Shown here: positions 19,437 through 29,216 of the stretch, piece after piece
Numbering within the stretch: position 1 is the stretch's first letter
Layout: the number at the start of each line of letters is the position of its first letter
Assembly (NCBI GenBank): GCA_036276735.1
Contig: DASUOH010000031.1
Span: 2,694 to 66,693 of the forward strand
Reading direction: 5' to 3'
Origin: Solirubrobacterales bacterium
Lineage (GTDB): Bacteria; Actinomycetota; Thermoleophilia; Solirubrobacterales; 70-9
Length of the DNA: 64,000 nt
Made by a program: the position numbers and the translations under genes
The notes under the pieces: generated by a model
Told to the model about the DNA's origin: nothing
Databases searched by the model: none
The model's input: the letters and a program-made list of their open reading frames with translations, nothing else

Positions 19437-20975
19437 ATGCCGCCGGGTCAAGACCATGCCGAGGCGCTGCTTGGACAGCTCGGCTTCGAGGCGTTCCGCC
19501 CAGGCCAGCGCGAGGCGGTGGAGGCCGCCCTGGCCGGACGCGACTCGCTGATCGTGATGCCGACCGGCGGCGGTAAGAGCCTCTGTTACCAGCTCCCGGG
19601 GCTAGCCTCGCCTGACCTGACGGTCGTCGTCAGCCCGCTCATCGCGCTGATCGTCGACCAGTGGAAGCGCCTCACCGCCGCCGGCCACCCGGTCGCGATG
19701 GTCACCTCGGCGATGGAGGGCGAGGCGGTCCGCGAAGCCTTGGCGCAGGTGCGCGGCGGCGAGGCGCGGATCGTCTACTGCTCACCGGAGCGGTTCGGCT
19801 CCTCGGTCTTCCTCGAGGCGATCGCCCAGCGTCGGATCGACCTGCTCGCCGTCGACGAGGCGCACTGCGTGTCCGAGTGGGGGCACGACTTCCGGCCCGA
19901 CTACCTGCGACTTCCGCAGATCGCCGAGCGGCTCGGCCGCCCCACCGTGATGGCCTGCACCGCGACCGCGACCGAGGCCGTGGGGCGCGAGATCGCCGCC
20001 CGCTTCGCGATGCGCGAGCCGCTCCAGGTCCGCTCCGGCTTCGACCGTCCCAACCTCTCCTTCGACGTGGTGCGGCTGGAGGGGAAGGGCTCGAAGGCGC
20101 GGCGCCTCGCCCTGCTCGAAGCGGGCCTCGCCGACCCAGCGAACCGGGCGGCGATCGTCTACTGCGGGACTCGCAAGGACACCGACGATCTCGCCGCGAC
20201 GCTAACGCAGTCGGGACTGCGCGCGGTGCGCTACCACGCCGGAATGGAGGCGGAGGATCGCGGCGCCGCCCAGCACCGCTTCATGGCCGGCGAGGTCGAC
20301 GTCGTAGTCGCCACCAACGCCTTCGGAATGGGCGTCGACAAGGCCGACGTGCGCTCGGTCTGGCACATGGCGATCCCGACCAGCCTCGAGGCCTACTACC
20401 AGGAGGCGGGACGGGCGGGTCGCGACGGGCTGCCGGCGAGGGCCGTGCTGCTGGCGATGAAAGCCGACCTCGGGCGGCTGGTCCGCTTCAACCAGCAGCG
20501 CGCCGGCGACCCGGAGCTGGCGATCGCCCACGAGCGCGGCTGGCGCGACTACCGCACGATCAAGTCGTTCATCTACTCGGATCGCTGTCGGCGGCGCAGC
20601 GTCCTCGACCACTTCGGGGACGGCGCGGCCGGCCGGGCGCTCGGCCGCTGTTGCGACGCCTGCGACCCAGAGAGCTGGCTCCCCGACCCGGAGACGATCG
20701 CGGTGCGGCCGGCGCGTCGCACCCGGCGGGGCGCAGCGGCAACGCCCACGGCAGCGCTCTCCGCTGACGACTCGTGCCTCTTCGAGGAGCTCAAGGCGTG
20801 GCGGCTGCGCGCCGCCGACGGCAAGCCCGCCTTCACGGTCGCCCACAACACGACCCTGGAGGCAATCGCCGCGACTCGTCCGGCCGATCCCGATGCTTTG
20901 CTCGCGATCAAGGGAGTCGGGCCCAGCTTCGTCGCGAAGTACGCGGCGGAGGTGCTGGCGATCGTCTCGAAAGGG
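19437..20975 (+). CDS. recQ: RecQ-family ATP-dependent DNA helicase (helicase, RQC zinc and HRDC modules); no stop codon before the next gene
   Basis: MPTGGGKSLCYQ (Walker A), DEAHCVSEWGHDFRPDY, Cys cluster CRRRSVL...CCDACD, HRDC-like LFEELKAWR...VGPSFVAKY; the ORF continues in frame to 22040. Confidence 0.85.
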
Positions 20976-22040
20976 ATGCGGCATGTGGCGCTTCTCGCCG
21001 TGGCGACGCTGTGCCTCGCCGTCCTCGCGTCGGCGCCCGGGGCGCGTGCCAACGCCCTGATGCCCCCAGGCGAGAAGGTCTACTTCGGCATCTCCGACAC
21101 CGGCGACCCGGCCGATTTTGGTGCGTTCAGCCGGACGATGAACAAGCACCCGGCGCTGATCCAGACCTTCCGCACCTGGGGCTCGGACTTTCCCGAGTCG
21201 ATCGAACGCTGGCAGGACGCGCGGGCGCGGCCGGTCCTCCACATCACGACCGCCGACAACAACGACGGGCACGAGCTGATCAGCCCGCGGGCGATCGCGC
21301 AGGGTGACGGCGACGGCTACCTGATCCGCCTCAACAAGCTCTTCTGGAAAAAGAAGCTGCCCGCCTACATCCGCCCACTCGGCGAGCCCAATCGCTGCCT
21401 CAACGTCTACGCCGCCTACGACTGCGCCGGAGGCTCACGCGGCGGCGCGCATAGCCCCCGCGCCTACAAACGCGCCTTTCGCCGCATCTACGTGATCGTC
21501 CACGGCGGCGGCAAGCGGGCAGAGATAGACGCCCGTCTCGCGCAGGCGGGCCTGCCGCCGCTGAACGCCGCCGTCGCGGGCCTGCCGAAGGCACCGGTCG
21601 CGGTCATGTGGAGCGTGCTGCCCGCCGGCTCGCCGACGGTGCCGCAGAACCGGCCGCGCCACTTCTACCCCGGCAGCCGCTGGGTCGACTGGGTGGGAAC
21701 CGATATCTACAGTGACAACCAGGACTGGAAGGCGCTGAAGGGCCTCTACCGCCGCTTCTCAGGCAAGCCGTTCGCGCTGCCCGAGTGGGGCGTCGTCGGC
21801 ATTGACGATCCGCGCTTCGTGCGGCGGCTGCTCGAGTGGGTCGACCGTCACCGGCGCTGCAAGATGCTCGTCTATTACCAGGATTTCGGCGACTCCAGCC
21901 CCTACCGGCTCCAGAACCACCCCTCCAGCGTCAGGGTCCTGCGCCGCTGGCTGCACCATCCGCGCGTCCCCCACTTCGCGCCCAACCCACCGCGCAAGCC
22001 GCCGCCGCCGAAGGGCGGGATCGGGGCGCGACGGCGCTAG
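20976..22040 (+). CDS. secreted glycoside-hydrolase-like protein (GH26-like motifs), paralog of 60767..61855
   Basis: Internal ATG 20976 preceded by GAAAGGG; MRHVALLAVATLCLAVLASAPGARA signal peptide; blocks YIRPLGEPNRCLN and ALPEWGV shared with the paralog. Confidence 0.65.
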   Translation: MRHVALLAVATLCLAVLASAPGARANALMPPGEKVYFGISDTGDPADFGAFSRTMNKHPALIQTFRTWGSDFPESIERWQDARARPVLHITTADNNDGHELISPRAIAQGDGDGYLIRLNKLFWKKKLPAYIRPLGEPNRCLNVYAAYDCAGGSRGGAHSPRAYKRAFRRIYVIVHGGGKRAEIDARLAQAGLPPLNAAVAGLPKAPVAVMWSVLPAGSPTVPQNRPRHFYPGSRWVDWVGTDIYSDNQDWKALKGLYRRFSGKPFALPEWGVVGIDDPRFVRRLLEWVDRHRRCKMLVYYQDFGDSSPYRLQNHPSSVRVLRRWLHHPRVPHFAPNPPRKPPPPKGGIGARRR

Positions 22041-23398
22041 CGGTTCCGGGGGCGGCTTGGCTTCCCCTTCGGCGCGACGATCCGATCGGCGATTGCCCGC
22101 CTGAGCTTGTAGGGCTGCAGGGCGGTGATGCTCGAGTAGCCGGTCAGGTAGATGCGGCGCCCGTCGGAGACGACCGGCGTGTAGGTGCCATAGGGATATT
22201 TGAAGACCCGCTTGCCGCTGCGCATCATGTAGCCGCTGGTCGTCTCGCCGGTGAACTCGGCCGCGTAGACGATGTCGCCGACCGCGGAGAGCGAGCCGAC
22301 GATCTGGCCTCCCGCGTCCCGACTCCAGCGCACGCTGCCGTCCTTGGCGTCGAGCGCGTAGACGTTGCCGTCGAAGGAGCCGATGAAGACGGTCGGCGGG
22401 CTGTGGCGGGTACTCGCCACAGCCGGCCCCGAGTAGGCGTAGCCACCGGTCGAGTAGCTCCAGGCGAGGGTCCCGTCGCGGGCGTCGTAGCTGTAGACGC
22501 GGGCGTCGTTGTTGCCGGCGTAGACGCGGCCGAAGGCCACGGCCGGCGTCGAGTAGAAGGCACCCGAGCCGCCGAAGCCAGGGCCGAGCGAGCCGCTCTG
22601 CCACTTCAGCTCGCCGCTGTCGGCGTCGACCGCGTTCATGTAGCCGCCGTAGTCGCCGACGTAGAGGGTGCCGCGGTAGTAGGCCGGCGCCGACTTGACC
22701 TCGCCGCCCAGCGTCGTCGCCCAGCGCACGTTGCCGTTGACGGTGCTGAGCGCGTAGAGCTCGCCGCACTCGCAGCCGAAGTAGACGGTGCGGCCGATCA
22801 CCAGCGGCGAGGACTCGGCGCGGCCCGGCAGCGACTTCTTCCAGATCGTCTTGCCGGTCCGCGCGTTCAGCTTCAGCACGTGCCCGGGGACGAGGTTGAC
22901 CATGTAGAGACGACCCTTCGAGTAGGCGGGCGAGGATGCGTTGAGCCGCCCGATGCGCCGCTTCCAGAGCAGCTTGCCGGTGTCCGCCTCGAGCGCCCGC
23001 GCGAAGCCGCTGTTGTCGACGAAGTAGAGCTTGCCGCCGACGAAGATCGGCGGGAACTCCATCAGCGGCCGGCCGGTGTAGCGCCAGAGTTTGCGGAAGG
23101 GTGGCTTGACGCCCTTCGCCGGCAGGTAGCGGGTGCGGGCACGGTCGAAGCCGAAAAACGGCCAGTTGACGGTGCGCGCCTTCTTCGGCGGCTGCTTCGG
23201 TTTCTCCGCCCGGAAGGGCACGTCTTCGTTATGGACGTCGGAGGGCCGCTTCAACAGCTCGTAGGCGAGCGCCGCACCGCCGGCGAGCAGGAGAACGGCG
23301 GCAGCAGCGACCGCGACGACGAGCCGCTTGTGCTCGCGCCAGACGCGCTTGCGGTCGCGCCAGAGGCGCTTGGCGCGCTTCACTTGCGCAGCTCCCAC
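22037..23398 (-). CDS. membrane-anchored PQQ-like (BamB-type) beta-propeller repeat protein
   Basis: 453 aa; N-terminal TM (VVAVAAAAVLLLAGGAALA); repeated G.LY.....G.VYALDA.DG...W motifs. Confidence 0.8.
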   Translation of the reverse strand: MGAAQVKRAKRLWRDRKRVWREHKRLVVAVAAAAVLLLAGGAALAYELLKRPSDVHNEDVPFRAEKPKQPPKKARTVNWPFFGFDRARTRYLPAKGVKPPFRKLWRYTGRPLMEFPPIFVGGKLYFVDNSGFARALEADTGKLLWKRRIGRLNASSPAYSKGRLYMVNLVPGHVLKLNARTGKTIWKKSLPGRAESSPLVIGRTVYFGCECGELYALSTVNGNVRWATTLGGEVKSAPAYYRGTLYVGDYGGYMNAVDADSGELKWQSGSLGPGFGGSGAFYSTPAVAFGRVYAGNNDARVYSYDARDGTLAWSYSTGGYAYSGPAVASTRHSPPTVFIGSFDGNVYALDAKDGSVRWSRDAGGQIVGSLSAVGDIVYAAEFTGETTSGYMMRSGKRVFKYPYGTYTPVVSDGRRIYLTGYSSITALQPYKLRRAIADRIVAPKGKPSRPRNR

Positions 23399-24147
23399 AT
23401 CTCGATGTGGCCGAGGTCGCGAAAGCCGAGCCGTTCGTAGATCGGCGCCCCGGCCTTGGTCGCCTGCAGCGAGGCGGTGCGCATGCCCCGCTCTCGCGCC
23501 GCGGCGAGCGTGGTGCAGAGCAACCAGCTCGCGATGCCCCGACCGCGCTGCTCGGGCGGCGTCGCGACGCCGGTGACGCAGCAGTCGTCTCCGACCTCGA
23601 TCATGCCGACCACGCTGACCGGCTCGCCTTCGCTATGCGCGGCGTGCCAGCCGATGCTCGTCTCGCCAGCGAGTGCGGCGCGGAACGCGTCGGGTCCGTA
23701 GCCGTAGGCGCAATCGTTGAGCTCGGCGGCGGTAGCCGCGTCGCCCGGCCGCGACTCGATGCCCTCGGGAGTCGGCGGCAGTGTGGCGAGGTCGGCCAGG
23801 TCAAGCGCCATCGCGCGCGGTTCGGCATCGAGCGAGTGACCGCGAGCGGCGAGCAGCTCAGCAGTCTCGCGATCTTCGTCGGCGACCCACACCGTCCAGG
23901 CCGCGATCCCCGCCTCGTCGTACACCCCTTGCAGGGAGTCCAGCTCCGCCCGCAGCGCACCCGCGTCCTCGTAGTACACCGAGTTGAAGAGCGAGCGCTG
24001 TGGGGAGACCGGGGTCAGCGACGCCAGCAGGCCCTCGCGCTCGATCAACCGCGAGTCCGGATGACCGCTGCCGAACGCCTCGACCTCGTCGCGCAGGCCG
24101 GAGATCGCCCGCCGGCGCAGCTCAGCATCGTCGACCCGTTGACCCAT
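23380..24147 (-). CDS. GNAT-family N-acetyltransferase
   Basis: 255 aa; C-terminal GNAT core (VATPPEQRGRGIASWLL...YERLGF). Confidence 0.8.
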   Translation of the reverse strand: MGQRVDDAELRRRAISGLRDEVEAFGSGHPDSRLIEREGLLASLTPVSPQRSLFNSVYYEDAGALRAELDSLQGVYDEAGIAAWTVWVADEDRETAELLAARGHSLDAEPRAMALDLADLATLPPTPEGIESRPGDAATAAELNDCAYGYGPDAFRAALAGETSIGWHAAHSEGEPVSVVGMIEVGDDCCVTGVATPPEQRGRGIASWLLCTTLAAARERGMRTASLQATKAGAPIYERLGFRDLGHIEMWELRK

Positions 24148-24156
24148 CCAGGCCGG

Positions 24157-24600
24157 TCAGCCCTCGACCGCCGCTCGCCGCTCGGACTCGGCGGCGACGT
24201 CGTCAAGCAGTCGTTGCACGGCCATCCGCGTGACCCCGAAGACGGCACGGCCGACGACGGGCAGCGTCGGAAAGGTCCGAATCGCATAGACGACGCTCGT
24301 GCCCTCGCCGTCGGCGGTCAACTCCACCGTGCCGACGTGGTCGCGGACCGGGATCCCGGAGAGGACGCGGTAGGCGAAGCGGCGCGGTGGCTCGTAAGCG
24401 ATCACTTCCTCGCGCAGCGGCGGCCCCACCGAATGCAGGGCGCGGATCGCGCCGACGCCGTTCGGCGCCGGCTCGCCCTCGCGCTCCAGCACGGAGCGGC
24501 GCATCGGGGTGATCTCGGCGTAGCGGCGGTGGTCGGTGAAGACGTCGAAGACGACCTCTGGCGGCGCCGCGACCCCGCGCGCGAGTCTGAAGCTGGCCAC
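24157..24600 (-). CDS. SRPBCC (polyketide cyclase/dehydrase-like) family protein
   Basis: 147 aa; family resemblance by eye only (FRLARGVAAPPEVVFDVFTDHRRY...). Confidence 0.65.
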   Translation of the reverse strand: MASFRLARGVAAPPEVVFDVFTDHRRYAEITPMRRSVLEREGEPAPNGVGAIRALHSVGPPLREEVIAYEPPRRFAYRVLSGIPVRDHVGTVELTADGEGTSVVYAIRTFPTLPVVGRAVFGVTRMAVQRLLDDVAAESERRAAVEG

Positions 24601-24632
24601 TGCGGCAGCCTACCGACGCCGGCAGGCGGGGC

Positions 24633-25631
24633 TCAGGCCAGCTTCCAGCACTGCGTATCGCCCTCGTCGACCGCTTCGGCCTCTCCGCGGATCGCCAGGT
24701 GGTCGAGCGCAGCGCGGACGATCTGCAATGCCCAGGCGCTGGCGGGCGATTTGATGTTCTCCGGGCCGATCAGCTCGGCGACGACTTCGAAGGCGGTCCG
24801 CTCGCCCTCGGCCAGCGAGGCGCGCACTTTGCCGAGCAGCTCGTCGACCTGGCGGCGCGCCTCGGCGATCTTGGCCGCCGGTTCGCGGAAGGTGCGCCCG
24901 TGTCCGGGCAGGACGAGGTCGACCGGGAGCGGCTCGATCTCGTCGAGGCCGCCGAGGAATTCGCCGACCGGGTCGGGCGTGTGCCCGTAGTCGAAGAAGA
25001 GGACCGTGCGGCCGAGCAGGTGGTCGCCGGAGATCATCAGCCTGCGCTCGGGCTGGTGGAGGACGACATGCGAAGGCGCGTGGCCGGGCGTCTCGTGGAC
25101 CTGCCAGGTGCCGAGGTCGGTCTCGACCTCGACGCCGGGCAGCAGGTCGCGGTGAGGCTCGACGATGCCGTCGATCCCGGTCTCGTCGTCTTCGGAGCGA
25201 GCCTGCCGATAGCGCTCCAGCGCCGCCGCTGGGACGCCGCTCTCTCGCGCGACGCTGATCCGCCGCTCCAGGGCCGCCGCGGGATCGTCGGCGAGCAGGC
25301 GCACGTGCTCCCAGGCGGGGTGCATCCACAGCTCGCAGCCGGCGGCCGCGACGATCGGCGCCGCCAGCCCGTAGTGGTCGATGTGCGAGTGCGTGCAGAC
25401 GACGAGCCGGACGTCCTCGAGGCCGAAGCCGGCCTGCGAGAGCGCCAGCTCGAAGTCGCGCAGCCGTCCCTTGCCGCCGATCCCGGTGTCGAAGAGGACG
25501 ACGCCGCCATCGGCCGCCAGCGCCCAGACGTTGCCGTGTGGAACGCCCGGCCAGGGCAGCGCCAGGCGCAGCCGCCAGGCGCCGGGCAGGACCCGTTCGG
25601 TCCGCGGCGCCTCGGGCCGCTCAGACGCCAC
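24633..25631 (-). CDS. MBL-fold metallo-hydrolase
   Basis: 332 aa; CTHSHIDHYG (HxHxDH) and TPGHAPSH motifs. Confidence 0.85.
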   Translation of the reverse strand: MASERPEAPRTERVLPGAWRLRLALPWPGVPHGNVWALAADGGVVLFDTGIGGKGRLRDFELALSQAGFGLEDVRLVVCTHSHIDHYGLAAPIVAAAGCELWMHPAWEHVRLLADDPAAALERRISVARESGVPAAALERYRQARSEDDETGIDGIVEPHRDLLPGVEVETDLGTWQVHETPGHAPSHVVLHQPERRLMISGDHLLGRTVLFFDYGHTPDPVGEFLGGLDEIEPLPVDLVLPGHGRTFREPAAKIAEARRQVDELLGKVRASLAEGERTAFEVVAELIGPENIKSPASAWALQIVRAALDHLAIRGEAEAVDEGDTQCWKLA

Positions 25632-25689
25632 GCCGGCTCTCGGGGTCGCTCATCGGGGCCGCATCCTTTCAAGCAACCCCCCTGCCAAG

Positions 25690-26886
25690 ATGGCCGCGAT
25701 GGCGTCCGCTGCCGAAACGCGCCGCTCGCGGGTCGCCGCCGTCATGCGTGAAGGCGAGCGGGTGACGCCGCTCGAGCTCTTCTTCGACCTCGTCTTCGTC
25801 CTCGCGCTCACCCAGTGCACGGCGCTGATGGCGCACGAACCGACCTGGCCGGGCCTCGGCCGGGGCCTGCTGCTGCTTGGCGTGCTGTGGTGGACCTGGG
25901 TCGGCTACTCCTGGCTGACCAGCGTCGTCGACCCGGAGGAGGGGGCGGTGCGGGGGGCGATGTTCGCGGCCATGGCGGCGCTGCTGATCGTCTCGCTCTG
26001 CGTTCCGAAGGCCTTCGACGACGAGGCGCTCGTCTTCGCGCTCGCCTACGGCGTCGTGCGGGCCGGGCACATCGCGCTGTTCACGATCGCCAGCCGCGAC
26101 GACGCGGACCTTCGCCACTCCGTCAACGGCCTGGCGATCGGAACGGCGGTCGGCGTCAGCCTGATCGCGGTTAGCTCCCTCTTCGACGGCGTCGCCCAAG
26201 GCGGGATCTGGGCGCTGGCGTTGGCGCTCGACGTCAGCGCGCCCTACTTCTTCATCAACCCGGCTGGCTGGAAGCTGGCGCCCGGGCACTTCGCCGAGCG
26301 GCACGGCCTGATCCTGATCGTCGCGCTCGGCGAGTCGATCGTGGCGATCGGCGCGGCGGCGGAGCTGGGCCTCGACGCCGGCATCGTCGCCGCGGCGGTG
26401 CTCGGCATCGCACTGGCCGCGGCGCTGTGGTGGATCTACTTCGACGTGGTCGCGCTGGTCGCCGCACGGCGCTTGGCCGAAGCCGAGCCGGGCCTCGTTC
26501 AGAACGAGATGGCGCGCGACTCGTACTCCTATCTGCACTTCCCGATGCTCGCCGGCATCGTCCTCGTCGCCCTCGCGATCAAGAAGACGCTCGCGCATGT
26601 CGGCGACCCGCTGGAGGTCGTGCCGGCGTTCGCGCTGCTCGGCGGGCTCGCCGCCTACCTGCTCGGCCACGTCGCCTTCCGTTATCGCCACATTCACACG
26701 ATCAACTGGCGACGGCTGATCCTCGCCGTCGGGCTGATCGCCCTAATGCCCGCGGCGCTGGAGTTGCCGGCGCTCGCAACGCTGGCGATCGCCACGGCGC
26801 TGCTCTGGGCGCTAATCGCCTACGAGACGCACCTCTACGGCGAGAACCGGGCGCGACTGCGGCGGGCGGAGCGGATCGAGATCTAG
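25690..26886 (+). CDS. low-temperature-requirement LtrA-family membrane protein
   Basis: Start ATG 25690 (tracked start 25381 overlaps the divergent MBL gene); PLELFFDLVFVLALTQ signature; polytopic. Confidence 0.8.
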   Translation: MAAMASAAETRRSRVAAVMREGERVTPLELFFDLVFVLALTQCTALMAHEPTWPGLGRGLLLLGVLWWTWVGYSWLTSVVDPEEGAVRGAMFAAMAALLIVSLCVPKAFDDEALVFALAYGVVRAGHIALFTIASRDDADLRHSVNGLAIGTAVGVSLIAVSSLFDGVAQGGIWALALALDVSAPYFFINPAGWKLAPGHFAERHGLILIVALGESIVAIGAAAELGLDAGIVAAAVLGIALAAALWWIYFDVVALVAARRLAEAEPGLVQNEMARDSYSYLHFPMLAGIVLVALAIKKTLAHVGDPLEVVPAFALLGGLAAYLLGHVAFRYRHIHTINWRRLILAVGLIALMPAALELPALATLAIATALLWALIAYETHLYGENRARLRRAERIEI

Positions 26887-26920
26887 CGGCTCCGGCCCTA
26901 TCGTCAAGAGGCCGGACTCC

Positions 26921-27094
26921 CTAGATGGTCGAGAGGCCGATCGCGAGCAGCGGGAAGGCCGCCAGGACGCCGAGGAAGGCGCCGATTGCCAAGCCGGTTG
27001 CGGCGCCCGTGCTGCGCGAGCGGGCACCGGAGACCAGCCCGACGAGGGTCGAGAGGAGAGCGATTCCTAGTCCGAGCCAGAAGATGTCGGGCAT
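26921..27094 (-). CDS. possible small membrane protein
   Basis: 57-aa hydrophobic ORF from an internal ATG; no homolog recognised. Confidence 0.3.
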   Translation of the reverse strand: MPDIFWLGLGIALLSTLVGLVSGARSRSTGAATGLAIGAFLGVLAAFPLLAIGLSTI

Positions 27095-27234
27095 GGGCGG
27101 CGGCAGCCTATCGAACGACCCCGGTCGTAGGCCGGTCCGAAGCCACAACGAGAAGCGCCGGCCCCAGGGCCGGCGCTCCATTTGGAGAGATCTCCTCAGG
27201 CGCCCGAAAGCGCCTATGGGCATCCCCCCAAGTT

Positions 27235-27516
27235 TCAGCGATAGGCGCTGCGGTGCCCCGCCCGGTCGCCGGCCACCATCCTGTAGAGGAACAGGAGCAG
27301 AAGCGCGCCGCCGATCGCGATCAGCCAGGTGCCGATGTCGAAGAACTCGTCGAGATCGCCGATGCCGAGGGCGCTGGCAATGAAGCCGCCAACCAAGGCG
27401 CCGGCGATGCCGATCAGGGTCGTCACGATGAAGCCACCCGGATCGTCACCGGGCATGATCAGCTTCGCGATCGCCCCCGCCAGCAGGCCGAGCACAATCC
27501 AACCGATGATTCCCAC
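27235..27516 (-). CDS. GlsB/YeaQ/YmgE-family (transglycosylase-associated) membrane protein
   Basis: GTG 27516 preceded by AAAGGAG; GIIGWIVLGLLAGAIAKLIMPG signature. Confidence 0.8.
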   Translation of the reverse strand: MGIIGWIVLGLLAGAIAKLIMPGDDPGGFIVTTLIGIAGALVGGFIASALGIGDLDEFFDIGTWLIAIGGALLLLFLYRMVAGDRAGHRSAYR

Positions 27517-27602
27517 GGTGAACTCCTTTCGCGGTTTGCAACCCCTTTCGGGGCCACAGTTACCCAGCCTGCGATAGAGCCGAAACGGATAAATTCGCTC
27601 GT

Positions 27603-28199
27603 GTGAAAATCCTTGCATTCAGCGATCTGCACCGCGACCTGCCCCAAGCGGCACGGCTGGTCGCGATGGCCGCTGAGGCAGACGTCGTGATTGGAGCCGG
27701 CGACTTCGCCTCGGTGCACGAGGGGCTGGAGGAGACGATCGACGCCCTGGCGGTGATCGAGAGGCCCACCGTGCTGGTGCCCGGCAACAACGAGACCGCC
27801 GACGCGCTGCGCGAGGCGGCGAGCGGCTGGCCCGCCGCCACCGTCCTGCACGGCGAGGGGACGACGATCGACGGCGTCGAGCTCTACGGGCTCGGCGCAG
27901 GAATCCCCGTCACCCCGTGGGACTGGAGCTTCGACCTCGACGACGAGGCGGCCGCGGAGCAGCTGGCCGCCTGTCCCGAGGGTGCCGTGCTCGTCCTCCA
28001 CTCGCCTCCACAGGGCCACTGCGACGCCAGCGGCGATGGCACCCACTTCGGCAGCGAGGCGCTGTTGCGGGCGATCGAGGAGAAGCGCCCCCGCCTCGCG
28101 GTCTGCGGCCACATCCACGAGTCGTGGGGCTGCCAGAGCCGCATCGGCGAGACGCCCGTCCGGAACCTGGGGCCGCAGGGCACCTGGCTGGAGGCTTAG
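27603..28199 (+). CDS. metallophosphoesterase
   Basis: 198 aa; FSDLH, GAGDF, PGNNE, CGHIHE motifs. Confidence 0.8.
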   Translation: MKILAFSDLHRDLPQAARLVAMAAEADVVIGAGDFASVHEGLEETIDALAVIERPTVLVPGNNETADALREAASGWPAATVLHGEGTTIDGVELYGLGAGIPVTPWDWSFDLDDEAAAEQLAACPEGAVLVLHSPPQGHCDASGDGTHFGSEALLRAIEEKRPRLAVCGHIHESWGCQSRIGETPVRNLGPQGTWLEA

Positions 28200-28247
28200 C
28201 CGCCGAGAGGACACGAGAAGCGCCAAAGCGGGTAGTGGCGAACCGCG

Positions 28248-29216
28248 ATGGGAAACCTCAGCGGCTCGGTCCGCGACCGTCCGGAGGCGGCGGCGTTCGG
28301 CGTTTTGGCGCTGATGGTGCTGGCCCTGCTTGCGGCTCGCGGCCTTCATGACGTCGCTCAGTCGACGCTGAACGGGTTGACGTTGGGGACGATTTACGCG
28401 CTTGGCGCCGTCGGGCTGACGCTGGTCTACGGAATCCTGCGTCTCGTCAACTTCGCCCACGGCGACTTCCTCGCCTTCGGCGCCTACATGGCGTACCTGG
28501 TCAACGTCACCTGGGGGATGCCGCTGTTCGCGGCGATCTTCTTCGCGATGGCGACGACGGCGCTGCTCGGGCTCTTCTTCGAGCGGACGATGTGGAGGCC
28601 GATGCGGGCCAAAGGCGCCGGCTTCCTGCAGCTCCTCTTGATGACGATTGGGCTCGCCTTCGTGATCCGCTCGACCATCCAGTGGTTCTGGGGAACCGAG
28701 ATCCGCACGCTCGACGTCAACGTCGTCGACAGCGTCACTTTCCTGGGCCTGCGAATCGGCGAGACCGAGCTGCTGGTGATCGTCGTCGGCCTCGCGGTGC
28801 TCTTGGCGACCGCGGCCGTGGTCCGCTTCAGCCTGCTCGGCAAGCGGATGCGGGCGCTGTCGGACGACCTCGCCCTGGCCGAGACGGCGGGCATCGACAC
28901 CCGCCGGGTCATCCTCTACACCTGGCTCTTCGCGGGGGCGCTGGCCGGCCTCGCCGGCGTCCTCTCCGGCGCGCTGACCAACCTCCGTCCCGAGCTGGGC
29001 TTCGAGCTGCTGCTGCCGATCTTCGCCGCGGTCATCCTCGGCGGCATCGGCAACCCGTTCGGGGCGCTGACCGCGGGGATCGTGCTCGGCGTCGTCATCG
29101 AGTGGTCGACGCTGGTGGTCGAGCCGCGCTGGAAGGTGACCTTCGGCTTCGTCGCCCTGATCGTCGCGCTGGTTATCCGGCCGCAGGGCATCTTCGGACA
29201 GGCGAGAGCGGCATGA
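28248..29216 (+). CDS. livH: branched-chain amino acid ABC transporter permease
   Basis: 322-aa polytopic protein; LivH-like (GLTLGTIYALGAVGLTLVYG). Confidence 0.85.
   Translation: MGNLSGSVRDRPEAAAFGVLALMVLALLAARGLHDVAQSTLNGLTLGTIYALGAVGLTLVYGILRLVNFAHGDFLAFGAYMAYLVNVTWGMPLFAAIFFAMATTALLGLFFERTMWRPMRAKGAGFLQLLLMTIGLAFVIRSTIQWFWGTEIRTLDVNVVDSVTFLGLRIGETELLVIVVGLAVLLATAAVVRFSLLGKRMRALSDDLALAETAGIDTRRVILYTWLFAGALAGLAGVLSGALTNLRPELGFELLLPIFAAVILGGIGNPFGALTAGIVLGVVIEWSTLVVEPRWKVTFGFVALIVALVIRPQGIFGQARAA

Noticed and set aside
20202-23440. Long antisense ORFs 20202..21272 (-), 21759..22769 (-) and 21836..23440 (+)
   Set aside because: They overlap recQ, the glycosidase-like gene and the PQQ-propeller gene on the opposite strand or in another frame. 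They have no motifs and are arginine-rich.
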